From the sequence record MH791398.1: DNA of 64,000 nt. The stretch is one strand, 5' to 3'. How positions within the stretch are numbered: position 1 is the first letter of the stretch; every line of letters starts with the position of its first letter. The notes beneath the pieces were generated by a model. The model was not told the origin of the DNA, did no database searches, and worked only from the letters and a program-made list of their open reading frames with translations. The position numbers and the translations under genes were made by a program. Positions 34,980-45,269 of the stretch are shown piece after piece.

Positions 34980-35906
34980 ATGTCTGTACAAAAGCCTAAA
35001 GAGCTAGTTGATACTGGCGTCCGTGGTCAAGAAGGAACAGGTGATACCCTTCATGACGGCGGCTTAAAATTAAACCAAGATATAAACAGTATTTGGAACG
35101 TGTTCGGGGACTACAGAATTGGTAAGACTTCTGGTTTTGGTAATCGCGTTCAGACCCTCCATGGTACTGGATATTATCAAAAACACACTCGGGCATACTA
35201 TGCAGGGGCAGAACAGCCGTCTGGCAACCCAGTAGAATTTGGTTCTATGCACGACCTATCTGTTATCAGAGACGGTACAGGAGACCTTACTATAACTCTC
35301 CCTCAAGGTAGTGGTCATGGTGGGGAATGTATAGAATTCGTCAATACAGACGGTTCTGTGGGGTTTGGTGCTGGTAAAGAAGTGATTATTCGGACTAGTG
35401 GTTCTGGTGATACCATCGGGGCTAGTGGGAATAGATTGGTTGTAAACCGTTCCAATTTCAAATTAACCCTATGGGTAGCAGAAGCAAGTCCAGCAGGTTC
35501 GAAATGGAATTATAAGCTTGAATCGATTTATGGTGACTCTGCAACTTCATATAGCGCCACTATTACTGGGATCGCGGTTGGTGCTGACCGAAACGTGGTT
35601 TTGTTTAGTAAGCCACAATTCAACGCGGTTAAACACATGATCTTTGTTACTCAACGTGGCGTTGGTGCCCTTCAAGAATCATGCGAAACTTTACTGATGG
35701 TAAATAATACCAGTACCGCAGATACAAAAGTTTATTCTACTGAATACGCTAGACTGCGAACCAAAACACCAGATAAAGCGGAAGAAAACCTTTTATTTGA
35801 AGCTTCTTATAGCATCACAGGTAATTCTGTTTTACTGACCATAAAAAACATTAGTCAGTCAACGATAGACGTATATATAAAATCTATCGATGCAATTGGG
35901 GCATAA
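34980..35906 (+). CDS. 9: Baseplate tail fibre connector gp9
   Basis: QKPKELVDTG...TGDTLHDGGLKLN, YQKH, STEY. Confidence 0.92.
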   Translation: MSVQKPKELVDTGVRGQEGTGDTLHDGGLKLNQDINSIWNVFGDYRIGKTSGFGNRVQTLHGTGYYQKHTRAYYAGAEQPSGNPVEFGSMHDLSVIRDGTGDLTITLPQGSGHGGECIEFVNTDGSVGFGAGKEVIIRTSGSGDTIGASGNRLVVNRSNFKLTLWVAEASPAGSKWNYKLESIYGDSATSYSATITGIAVGADRNVVLFSKPQFNAVKHMIFVTQRGVGALQESCETLLMVNNTSTADTKVYSTEYARLRTKTPDKAEENLLFEASYSITGNSVLLTIKNISQSTIDVYIKSIDAIGA

Positions 35907-35908
35907 AA

Positions 35909-38047
35909 ATGAAACAGCAAATTATTATTGGTAATCGTGTTGATGACGGAACCGGTGATTACCTTAGAAAAGGTGGTCAGAAGACAAACGACAACTTTAA
36001 TGAACTTTACTACAACTTGGGGGATGGTAACATTCCTCATGCTGCTGGTGCATGGAAACCATATAGCGACCACACAAAAACTCTATCGGCTATTATGGGT
36101 CAGGCGTGGGTAATTAATACAACAACCGGTCGTATTACTGTCAATCTTCCGAGTGGAACACCAGCCGATTATGGTAAGGTTATTCGTGTTCGTGATGTAA
36201 TGGGAACTTGGGGTGGAAACCCAGTAATTCTTGTTCCCGGTGGATTTAATACCATCAAAGGGTCTTCTGGTACACACAGATTAGAAAACAATTTCATGGA
36301 CGTTGAGCTTGTATATTGCTCTCCCGGTAACTGGGATTATGTACCAAGTAAATATGTTGGTGAAATTAGATCCAACGACATAGCAACTGTTGCCAAAAAA
36401 GAATTTATTGCCACCGAAGGTCAAACCGATTTTCAAAATATATTCTCGTCTGGTTATAACAGAAACTCGATTAACGTATATAAGCGCGGTAACATTCTTT
36501 ATTACGGTCAGGAATACGGTCCCGAATCAAACTATGGGTCTATTGTTCAAAAGACTGTTGCAGACCCAGCCAAGATTGATATTAACCCGGTACAAATCGA
36601 TAGCGATAGGTGGGGTACTATTGTTGGTAAGGGAACTAGATTTGGAACAGTTGAAGGGAATACTATAGTATCCTTTTATTCCAAAGAGTCTGATAAAAAG
36701 ACATACATAAAATTTGACCTTAATAAGAAACCACTTAACGAAGACCGTTTGGTTTGTGTTTATAACGATAAAACATACCTAATGAAATTCGATAAGCTGA
36801 CCAGCGAATATGTTTCTGTGAATGAAACCCCTGACATTCTAGCTCAAATGAAAATCGCGTCAAAATTTTCATATTATGTTGGTGTTAGCAAAATAACAGA
36901 CCTTGATGGATATACCATTAAGCTAGAAAAGCCGTGCGAAGCTGGTGATGTTGTTGTTATCGAAACTTTCTTAGACGGTTTGGCTACATATAGAAGTTCT
37001 TACGAAACTGCGACTATTCGGGTTTATTCCGACCAATATGTTCCTGTAGATTATGTTTCTGAAACAGGGCGTCGGTTTGTTGGGGATCTGTCTGCTAAAT
37101 TTAGATTTAACCTTTCCGAATTTGGCTTCCAACCAAGTGAGACTTTTAACCCAAAAACTCTAGAGATGATTGTCAACGGTCGTCAATTGGTTAAATCTGG
37201 ACAGGGTGATATACCGTTTTTTACTTGTGAGGGTGCGGATAGCTTAACTCAAGAATCTTGTATTGCTAATGGTGGTGTTTGGGTTCCTACTGGTGTTGAT
37301 TTTGGACCTATCGAAGATGAGAACGGTTATATGCGTGATATTGTGGTGAACGAACCGTTCAACCATGAAGACGTTATTACGATTCGTTGGTTTAATAATG
37401 ATATTGGTTCGTTGCTTGAACTTGACGATATTATCAAAGAGACAGACAAAAAATATATCAATACTGTTCCTGTTACTTTGACCGGGAAAATTAGATATTC
37501 TGATCCTTTCAATCCAACCCCAAAGACAGTACAACCAGATCCTAACGATTTGATCAACGTTCCTGCAAACTCTATTGCAATGCTGTTTGATATGTTTTAT
37601 CCAGTTGGTACTATCTACGAAAACGCACATAACCCGAACAACCCAGCAACCTATATGGGGATTGGTACTTGGGTTCGTTGGGCAGAGGGTAAGGTTGTTG
37701 CTGGGTGGAATAGTCAGAATCCAAACGATCCGATATACGGTCTGAATAACCAAGATTTGGATATTAACGGACAACCAAGACACAGTGCTGGTAGTATTTT
37801 TGGTGAAAACGACGTAACCCTTGCGGTTGACAATACCCCCGGAACAAAAAGTACGGAAAAGGCGCTTATTGCAGATCCGAATGGTGATGTTCTTGTTGGT
37901 GGGTGTCAATACGACCCAGACGAGAGTGGTCCGGGTTATAAGAAATACAGAGAGGATTATGTCTATACCAGACCAAACGAAACAGTAAACCCGTTCTCTG
38001 TGATCCAACCTACAACCACCGCCCATAGATGGCTAAGGGTAGAATAA
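35909..38047 (+). CDS. 10: Baseplate wedge / tail pin gp10
   Basis: MKQQIIIGNRVDDGTGDYLRKGGQK, YPVGTIYENAHNPNNP, QP...HRWLRV. Confidence 0.95.
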   Translation: MKQQIIIGNRVDDGTGDYLRKGGQKTNDNFNELYYNLGDGNIPHAAGAWKPYSDHTKTLSAIMGQAWVINTTTGRITVNLPSGTPADYGKVIRVRDVMGTWGGNPVILVPGGFNTIKGSSGTHRLENNFMDVELVYCSPGNWDYVPSKYVGEIRSNDIATVAKKEFIATEGQTDFQNIFSSGYNRNSINVYKRGNILYYGQEYGPESNYGSIVQKTVADPAKIDINPVQIDSDRWGTIVGKGTRFGTVEGNTIVSFYSKESDKKTYIKFDLNKKPLNEDRLVCVYNDKTYLMKFDKLTSEYVSVNETPDILAQMKIASKFSYYVGVSKITDLDGYTIKLEKPCEAGDVVVIETFLDGLATYRSSYETATIRVYSDQYVPVDYVSETGRRFVGDLSAKFRFNLSEFGFQPSETFNPKTLEMIVNGRQLVKSGQGDIPFFTCEGADSLTQESCIANGGVWVPTGVDFGPIEDENGYMRDIVVNEPFNHEDVITIRWFNNDIGSLLELDDIIKETDKKYINTVPVTLTGKIRYSDPFNPTPKTVQPDPNDLINVPANSIAMLFDMFYPVGTIYENAHNPNNPATYMGIGTWVRWAEGKVVAGWNSQNPNDPIYGLNNQDLDINGQPRHSAGSIFGENDVTLAVDNTPGTKSTEKALIADPNGDVLVGGCQYDPDESGPGYKKYREDYVYTRPNETVNPFSVIQPTTTAHRWLRVE

Positions 38048-39018
38048 TGATAAGTATTTTTCAACAACCAAGAAGCCTAACATATTATGCTGGTAGTTCA
38101 TACCAGCTTTCTATTTTAGCAAGTACAAACAACGTAGATGCAGAACTTAGATATTCTTGGGAATCTTCCGTAGATAGCAATGCTTGGACTGCTGTTGTTG
38201 ATGCTAGTGCGGCAACTGATAATCTAAGAGTTCTTCCATCAAACGCATCATATAATCATGGTTATTTCAGATGTCGTGTTAAAGAAGTTAATTCCACATC
38301 AGGTGCGGAACTAAGTTCTTTGGATTCGTCTGTTGTAACCGTGACTATGTTTGACGGTAGAACAAACACAGATATGACTAGAAGTCGAATGGCTTCTATG
38401 ATCAAGAGTAGAAAAGCATCAGACCACGAATTTAATGGAGACCCGACATTAGAGACGTTATCTGTTGTTGGTGGTATCGGTAACCTAACAATCCAAGATG
38501 CCAGAAGTCATAACAAGTTCAAGACAGTTGAAAACGCAATTTCCGATGCTGCATATGTGGGAAGACTTAATAAAGGTTCTGTTATTATAAATATAGATAA
38601 TACGGACCCCGGCGGAAAACCACAAATCGATACATTAACCTTTTCTGGTGCTATTTCCTCTCCAATTTCTGGTATGCCTGTTGTTCTTGATGTATTTGGT
38701 ACTCGAATTGAAGTTGCAGATGGTGTAAGTCCGACATTTGTTAGAGATAAAGTATTCGATTTACTTAAACAATTTGAAGTGGATGGTTTATATGTGAGGG
38801 ATGTTACTAAACTTTCTAGTGATTCTATAAACTTCACATATAGAGACCTTCGTGATCACACACCAGAACCATGGTCAGAATATGGGATGACCATCGATTG
38901 GGTTGTTGGATCTCCTGCATCTTATGGTTACGGATATTGGGAAATGTTTTTCAAAGAAGATAAAGTTGCAATTGATACCACGGTAACAACACTTTATTAC
39001 TGGAAAAGGATTGGTTAA
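38047..39018 (+). CDS. 11: Baseplate gp11 with an N-terminal Ig-like domain
   Basis: C-terminal LGITSRMA-like segment, DQTFVRD/VRDKV-like region, GYGYWE...YYWKRIG typical of gp11; N-terminal QQP...YSW...GYFRCRV. Confidence 0.8.
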   Translation: MISIFQQPRSLTYYAGSSYQLSILASTNNVDAELRYSWESSVDSNAWTAVVDASAATDNLRVLPSNASYNHGYFRCRVKEVNSTSGAELSSLDSSVVTVTMFDGRTNTDMTRSRMASMIKSRKASDHEFNGDPTLETLSVVGGIGNLTIQDARSHNKFKTVENAISDAAYVGRLNKGSVIINIDNTDPGGKPQIDTLTFSGAISSPISGMPVVLDVFGTRIEVADGVSPTFVRDKVFDLLKQFEVDGLYVRDVTKLSSDSINFTYRDLRDHTPEPWSEYGMTIDWVVGSPASYGYGYWEMFFKEDKVAIDTTVTTLYYWKRIG

Positions 39019-39020
39019 AA

Positions 39021-40373
39021 ATGATTAATAATACAGAACAACATATTAGTTCTAAAGCTGTTGATGTGGTGCTAGATCCTAGCACCACTAATTTCCCAGC
39101 AACAACTAATGATGTACAAAAAATGGCTGAACTCATACAACCCCATGCAATTGGAAGGTATGAGGATATGAAAGCGACCGAAACAAAAATGGGTATTCTC
39201 AGGATTGCGACGGAAGCGGAAGTATTGGCAGGAACCGTGGCTGATGCAATCGTTACTCCCAAGACCCTACAAGCCAAATGGGTGCGCCCAGATGCATCAG
39301 AAACGGTTAAGGGTCTAGTTAGGTACGCTACCAGCGCGGAACGTCTAGAAACAGCAGCAAGCGCATCTATAGGAATTAATACGGCTGGTATATGGGATAT
39401 CATCAGAACAAAAGCAATTGGTTCTACCACAAAAGCCGGTACGTTGAAATTATCGACGATTACCATTGGACAACAAGGGACTGATTCAACTACTGCAACA
39501 AGTCCTGATGTTGTTAAGGCAATGATAGATAAGTTCGCAGTTACTGCAAATTCCGGTGCAACTGAATTGACCTCTGGGATAGTTAAGATTTCCCCATCCC
39601 CAGTAATTAATGCGGCTTTACATAACGGTGTAGCAGTTAGCCCGAAAGGTTTTATTGAGACTCGCGCAACTCAATCAAGAGTTGGTACAGTAAAAATGGC
39701 AACTCAAGCCGAGTCTAATGCCCGTACTGCAACTGACGTAGCCATTAGCCCTGCAACTCTTCCGATTGCATCGTCTTCCCAGTGGGGTATTGTTGCATTG
39801 ACAGACGTCGCTGTACAAGGGGCAACGAATAAAGCGTTGAGTTCCCATGGAGCAACAACCCTTGTTGCAAAAACTGGGGGAACAATGACCGGTGCGCTGA
39901 TCACTCCAAATATATATCTTACAAATCCCCAAGATGGTTCACCAAATGCGGTTGTGAGATATGATTGGGCTGTTAGTGCATTTGATGATAAACAAAATCA
40001 AATAAATGGCAAGGTTAACCGTGGAAGCGCAGTAACTCTTAATAGAACCGACAAACAATTGATTTTTAATGCTGCTCCATACGGAGGGCATAAAAGTGGT
40101 GACTTTAATATGTCACAGCCGTGGTGGAATTATGATGGGTTAATAGTTGTATCCTCTGGGGATGATGGTAGACACATGAAGTCGAATTATATATCGAAGG
40201 CACAGATCTCTATCCTTCAAGATAATTTCGCTAACGCTTGGTGGATTGCAGACACTGATTCTACTTGGTGGATTGGTAGGTTTAACGCCAATGGTACTTA
40301 TTTCCATACCACAGGTGACAACTGTATTATATGGCATGTTTGGGGTGTTAATGACATATACCAAACAACCTAA
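39021..40373 (+). CDS. 12: Short tail fibre gp12
   Basis: NNT.QHIS, F..TTNDVQ, repeated ATETKMGILRIAT.AE and G.VK motifs. Confidence 0.9.
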   Translation: MINNTEQHISSKAVDVVLDPSTTNFPATTNDVQKMAELIQPHAIGRYEDMKATETKMGILRIATEAEVLAGTVADAIVTPKTLQAKWVRPDASETVKGLVRYATSAERLETAASASIGINTAGIWDIIRTKAIGSTTKAGTLKLSTITIGQQGTDSTTATSPDVVKAMIDKFAVTANSGATELTSGIVKISPSPVINAALHNGVAVSPKGFIETRATQSRVGTVKMATQAESNARTATDVAISPATLPIASSSQWGIVALTDVAVQGATNKALSSHGATTLVAKTGGTMTGALITPNIYLTNPQDGSPNAVVRYDWAVSAFDDKQNQINGKVNRGSAVTLNRTDKQLIFNAAPYGGHKSGDFNMSQPWWNYDGLIVVSSGDDGRHMKSNYISKAQISILQDNFANAWWIADTDSTWWIGRFNANGTYFHTTGDNCIIWHVWGVNDIYQTT

Positions 40374-40407
40374 ATACTAATATATAAAACGAATGGGGTA
40401 AAAACTA

Positions 40408-43400
40408 ATGGAAATTATTAAACCTGTATTGGATGACCTGAAATATACTTCTGATATGCCTGTTGCTGGTTCTGGTCAAAAACAGGTTGAATGGATTAAA
40501 AATGGTGAGCAACCACAAGGTGCAGATCCTTATATTGTTGGTGATAAAGGGGGCGTTTTAAACCGCCCCTCTACTCAAATTTCTGCCAACGTAGAGACAT
40601 TGGATAAAAACCAAGAAAAAATCCTTTCTAAAATGTCGGAAGTTATCGACAAGGTGAATATTCATGATGATATAATTAATGCTGGTGACGGACGAGATTT
40701 ATATCAACGAGTTGGCGATTTGGAAACCGAAATGGATGTCCATAGTGGGATCCTTGAAGATATCAAAGAAACCGACGTAATCCTCGACGCAAAAATCCAG
40801 TCAATTTCCGATAATATCGGAGTTGGTGATCCATCTCTTAGATTCCGAACTCTCCGAGCGGATGACCTTCATATCAAAAAAATGTTGGGTAATTATAAAG
40901 ATTTTGATATTGATGGTGTTCCATCACCCGGTTCACTTTCTTCCGGGGTAAAAGGTCAAATCGAGCGTAACTATAACACAGGTGTTAATCTTGATGTTCG
41001 TGTTACTTCTCTCGAAAAATGGTGGGAAGACTCCACACCTGCATCTTTGAGGGAAGAAGTTAACCAGATTAGAACCGAACTCGGACAAGACCCGGATCCG
41101 ACTAGGAACATTTATTCTCGTATCGGCGATTTAGAAATGGCTGATGAAACAAATTCACCTTTGGTTCAAGAGCTTGTAGAACACACTGGATATGGTGAAT
41201 TTCCTCTTCAATACCTTGATGTACAAACAGATTCTTATCAAACAGTAGATAATCTATACGATTACTCTCTACATGTCAAGAAAGACGTGGATTATATTAG
41301 TGGTATTGCCAAACAAACCGAAGGTCTGTCCGATGACTTGGCTCGTTCACTTGGTTCGGCTAGTGATTCCACACTGGATACCACCGCTTGGGGTAGAATT
41401 AATGATCTTCGTGTCCGTATGGAGAATAACGAAGGTATTCTAGGATCTAGTCCTCTAGATGGATTGCAGGGAAAAGTTAAAGAAGTAGACCAGAGAGAGA
41501 AAGAACATTTCGAAGATCTTGATGGTCGTGTTTCGAGTATATCAACTACTGTTAACGTCGAATATAGAACTTCTATTGAGGATCTACAAAATACCGTAGG
41601 TAATCCAAACACAGGTTTGGTTATCAAGGTAGAAGGGACAAAAAACGTCGCTGACGACGATTACCGTAGAATTGGTTCATATCAAGCATCGAAAGATATG
41701 TATGAACAGATGTACCGTGATTATAAGAATGGTGCTGGTTATATCCCTAACCCAACAGAAACTCGGCTTGGTGCTGTATGGTCGCGAGAATATGATGGTG
41801 CTAACTGGGTATGGCGAGATTTGTTTACCACTAACTTTGTGGTTGGTGATAACAATAAGATTACCGCCATCGACGGAACCACACTTGTTTCTTATTCTAC
41901 TGGTTCTGATGGGAAATATATCCCGACCTTTGGTCATAACGGAACAACCAAACTCCGTATAGTCGGCGACATTATCGGAAATATTTCTCTTGATACAACC
42001 TCTGATATCAGAAAATATGGGAAAACTATTCTTGGCTCTACCGATCAAACTATAAAAGTTGGTCAGAGTGATAAGAATATAGTTATGGTTGGTAAGGATA
42101 TCGATTCTTTCAAGTATAACACACCAACCGGTGAATTTGATGTTCTGCATATTGGGAACTACAAAAAATATATCACCGACGTTAACCCAGAGAATGGATT
42201 TACCCTAAACCAGAATGCGGTAATTGGTTATGCAGGCGCAGATGTTATTAAATTAGATAACACTACAATAAATATTGGTTCTGCTAATACAAACCTCGCA
42301 TTTAAGGGAAATATCAGCGAATTGGTTATGGACCAAGACAAAGCGTTTAAGATGAATGTTGGTATGGGTAAACATCTAAACGTGGTCAATAACTTTGGTG
42401 GAATATTGACATACGGTGATATTGAAACTACTAACGTATTTGCAACGGACCTTTATATTCAAGGTACTGGGGTTGATCGGTTTAAGGTTTGGCACCAAGG
42501 TATGGATGCACCCGCAGATGGTAGTTTTTACGCTCGTAAGAACAACCAATGGATGGTCGTTGAACAGGGTGGTTCTGGTACTGGTATTATTGGTGATGCA
42601 CCACAGTCCGGATTGGCATACGCTCGGGTAAATGACGATGGTGTTGGTTTCTGGCAAGCCGTAGGCGAAAGAAATATAACCCTAGCAGAAAACGTATCTA
42701 TAATGGCAAAAACCAATAGTGGTACGATTACTGCATTTACCGTTGATTCTGCAACCGTAACAACTCGAATTGGTGGAACTACAGGGAAAATAAACCTTCG
42801 TGGTACTGTATCCGATTTCAAATTAGAAAGTAAAATTTCTACATCTTATGGTTCTCTTTTAGAAAGTACCCAAACCAAAATAGTGATCGGCGACACAACC
42901 ACACCAGTGAATGTATATTCTACTGGGAATCTGTTTGTTGGTGTTGGTTCTGATGCTAAGAAAGTTTGGACCGACGCACATGACGCACCAAACAACGCGA
43001 ATTTCTACGCTCGTAAGGGCGGGCAATGGACTCTAATCCATGACGGTATAGACCCAACCAAGGATGTTTCTGTTGGTGAAACCAGCGATTTCATCATTGG
43101 TGGATATAACGTAGCCAAGGTGGATACAGTTGGTGTCGATAAGCTAATGGTTATTGGTGATAGTAGAACGTTCATGAAGTTTGACGGTAAGGTAACTAAC
43201 CTCAAGCTTGCAGAAGTAGGTGCCAATAATAGTTTCGGTATTACCACACAGGTAAATAATGTCGATAAGAACATAATTAGTATATCGCAACCTTCTACAG
43301 AAAAGTTTATCGCAATTGGTGACACCGATCTACCGGTTCGTATTACCACATCTGAGGTAACAATCAATAACGATAAAGTCCTCACAAAGGATAGTTTCGA

Positions 43401-43533
43401 AGCACCAGCAGACGGAAACAAGTACGTAAGACAAGATGGTCAGTGGACAAGAGCGTATTACTACGGTGATTTTGCTACAGACGCACCGACCAGTCCTAAA
43501 GAAGGTGATGTGTTCTTCGAATTCATCAACTAA
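40408..43533 (+). CDS. wac: Fibritin (Wac), greatly extended
   Basis: N-terminal GSGQKQVEWIKNGE...GVLNRP, coiled coil, multiple foldon-like DAP.DG..Y.RK.G.W motifs. Confidence 0.88.
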   Translation: MEIIKPVLDDLKYTSDMPVAGSGQKQVEWIKNGEQPQGADPYIVGDKGGVLNRPSTQISANVETLDKNQEKILSKMSEVIDKVNIHDDIINAGDGRDLYQRVGDLETEMDVHSGILEDIKETDVILDAKIQSISDNIGVGDPSLRFRTLRADDLHIKKMLGNYKDFDIDGVPSPGSLSSGVKGQIERNYNTGVNLDVRVTSLEKWWEDSTPASLREEVNQIRTELGQDPDPTRNIYSRIGDLEMADETNSPLVQELVEHTGYGEFPLQYLDVQTDSYQTVDNLYDYSLHVKKDVDYISGIAKQTEGLSDDLARSLGSASDSTLDTTAWGRINDLRVRMENNEGILGSSPLDGLQGKVKEVDQREKEHFEDLDGRVSSISTTVNVEYRTSIEDLQNTVGNPNTGLVIKVEGTKNVADDDYRRIGSYQASKDMYEQMYRDYKNGAGYIPNPTETRLGAVWSREYDGANWVWRDLFTTNFVVGDNNKITAIDGTTLVSYSTGSDGKYIPTFGHNGTTKLRIVGDIIGNISLDTTSDIRKYGKTILGSTDQTIKVGQSDKNIVMVGKDIDSFKYNTPTGEFDVLHIGNYKKYITDVNPENGFTLNQNAVIGYAGADVIKLDNTTINIGSANTNLAFKGNISELVMDQDKAFKMNVGMGKHLNVVNNFGGILTYGDIETTNVFATDLYIQGTGVDRFKVWHQGMDAPADGSFYARKNNQWMVVEQGGSGTGIIGDAPQSGLAYARVNDDGVGFWQAVGERNITLAENVSIMAKTNSGTITAFTVDSATVTTRIGGTTGKINLRGTVSDFKLESKISTSYGSLLESTQTKIVIGDTTTPVNVYSTGNLFVGVGSDAKKVWTDAHDAPNNANFYARKGGQWTLIHDGIDPTKDVSVGETSDFIIGGYNVAKVDTVGVDKLMVIGDSRTFMKFDGKVTNLKLAEVGANNSFGITTQVNNVDKNIISISQPSTEKFIAIGDTDLPVRITTSEVTINNDKVLTKDSFEAPADGNKYVRQDGQWTRAYYYGDFATDAPTSPKEGDVFFEFIN

Positions 43534-43544
43534 AAGGGTTTACG

Positions 43545-45041
43545 ATGGCTAACAAAGTGTATAAAAATGGGGTGGTGCATGACACCATCCCATCCATTTA
43601 TAAAAATAACTGGCATAGGTCCGTACCGTGGGTTTTTTCTAATGGGGCATGGCATAGAGCTTATGACCTTGGCGACGAAAACCTATTAGCAAATAGTCGA
43701 ATGTTGAATGGTACTGATATTTTTTGTTATTCTGACGGGGTTGTTATTGGAAACGTTCCACCATGCTATACCGTTTATAATAACTCGACAAATACGGGAA
43801 ATAACGCTTTTGCTATAAGCTTCAACCAAGATAATGAAAATACGAAAGGATATACATTCAGAACTATTGATAGTCGAATGTTCTTCCAAACCCGTATTTC
43901 GTTAAAGGCTGGAAAAACTTATACCGCAAGCGTTATGGTTAAAAACAACGATCTTACGTTGGTTCATAGTGGTGTACTTGCTGATATATACATGGACAAT
44001 GGTGACCCCATTGATAATTATCTAACATTTAAAACTAAATTTGATAATAATCCATTAATTGGTGATGAGAGAACCCGTATATACTCTACTTTCACCGCAA
44101 AGAAAGACTGTCTAATACAATTTAACTTTGGTGTTGGAGTTAGATATAACACAAATGGTGATTTCTCTTTTGATTCACCTATGGTTACAAATACAAATAT
44201 CCTGATCGATTATCAACCAACCCCCCACGTTTTAACCAACGAAGCAATTATTTTAAATAGAGACGCTGGATTCTCTACCACTGGTTCTTTGATGGTTGCG
44301 AACAAGACACATAAAGTTTCTGGTGGCCTTGTTATTGGTGATATCGCTACAGAACTAGTGATAGCTTCAAAAAACGTTGGTGGTATTTCTACTGGTATGG
44401 GCATAAATCTAGAAACTAACACATTCTGGGTTAAAACTCCTGATGGTGTTTATCACACCAAACCATTGAAAAGACCATTACCAAGAAATAACAGTATTGG
44501 TGTATCTGTTTGGTTTGATGTATCTAACGGATTTGCTCAAAATATAAGGTTGTATGTAAACGGTGAAGTCTACGCAAGAATAACAGATCCATATCTTAGT
44601 CTTGATACAGGGCTCAATACTGTATTCGGGTTAAATAGTAATAACATCACCATTGAACAATTTGAAATTTACATGGATGGAAACAGTCATCTATTTAATA
44701 TTTCAAATCAGGGTAATGGAAAATTGGTATCTACTGATGGAAAACTGGTTCTTGATATCGTCGGTGATACAATTTGGTGGAGTACGGTTGCGCCTAAAAT
44801 AACGAAACAACCGCAAGTTATATATAACGCGCAAGTTGGTGATACGGTCGTGATAGAATCGGATTGTGATAGATTTTCCACAGTTCAATGGAAAACCTCA
44901 AGGGGTGTTGAAGTAGGTAATTCTAAAAATCTAGAGATAGAAGTTACCCCAACTCTAGACACATCAATTTTCTACTACGCCATTTATAAGAACAGTTATG
45001 GTCAAGTAACCACTCGCTCAACTAGGATCCAAATATCTTAA
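43545..45041 (+). CDS. Putative virion adhesin (beta-sandwich/CBM-like plus C-terminal Ig-like domain)
   Basis: N-terminal VY.NG.W.. repeats, beta-rich body, PKITKQP...VQWK...YYAIYKNSYGQV Ig motif; follows wac with no promoter in between. Confidence 0.55.
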   Translation: MANKVYKNGVVHDTIPSIYKNNWHRSVPWVFSNGAWHRAYDLGDENLLANSRMLNGTDIFCYSDGVVIGNVPPCYTVYNNSTNTGNNAFAISFNQDNENTKGYTFRTIDSRMFFQTRISLKAGKTYTASVMVKNNDLTLVHSGVLADIYMDNGDPIDNYLTFKTKFDNNPLIGDERTRIYSTFTAKKDCLIQFNFGVGVRYNTNGDFSFDSPMVTNTNILIDYQPTPHVLTNEAIILNRDAGFSTTGSLMVANKTHKVSGGLVIGDIATELVIASKNVGGISTGMGINLETNTFWVKTPDGVYHTKPLKRPLPRNNSIGVSVWFDVSNGFAQNIRLYVNGEVYARITDPYLSLDTGLNTVFGLNSNNITIEQFEIYMDGNSHLFNISNQGNGKLVSTDGKLVLDIVGDTIWWSTVAPKITKQPQVIYNAQVGDTVVIESDCDRFSTVQWKTSRGVEVGNSKNLEIEVTPTLDTSIFYYAIYKNSYGQVTTRSTRIQIS

Positions 45042-45052
45042 GGGGCATTAAA

Positions 45053-45196
45053 ATGCAAACCGCTGTACTTTTATTCTTTAGGACAATAGGTCTCGAAATT
45101 CTAACTCAGTTGCTTAAGGTGGCGGCGGAAGCAATCACCAAAAAACAGAAGCAGAATGAAGAAGATAAAGAGGCTAACAAAAATAAAGAACAATAA
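45053..45196 (+). CDS. Small hypothetical protein (47 aa), not in the ORF track
   Basis: AGGGG RBS; MQTAVLLFFRTIGLEILTQLLKVAAEAITKKQK...; terminator at 45200-45232. Confidence 0.5.
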   Translation: MQTAVLLFFRTIGLEILTQLLKVAAEAITKKQKQNEEDKEANKNKEQ

Positions 45197-45269
45197 TTAA
45201 AAGCCCCGTTCGTTTATTCGTTCGGGGCTTTTCTCTAAATACCATTGTAAACTATTAAAGGAAGATAAA

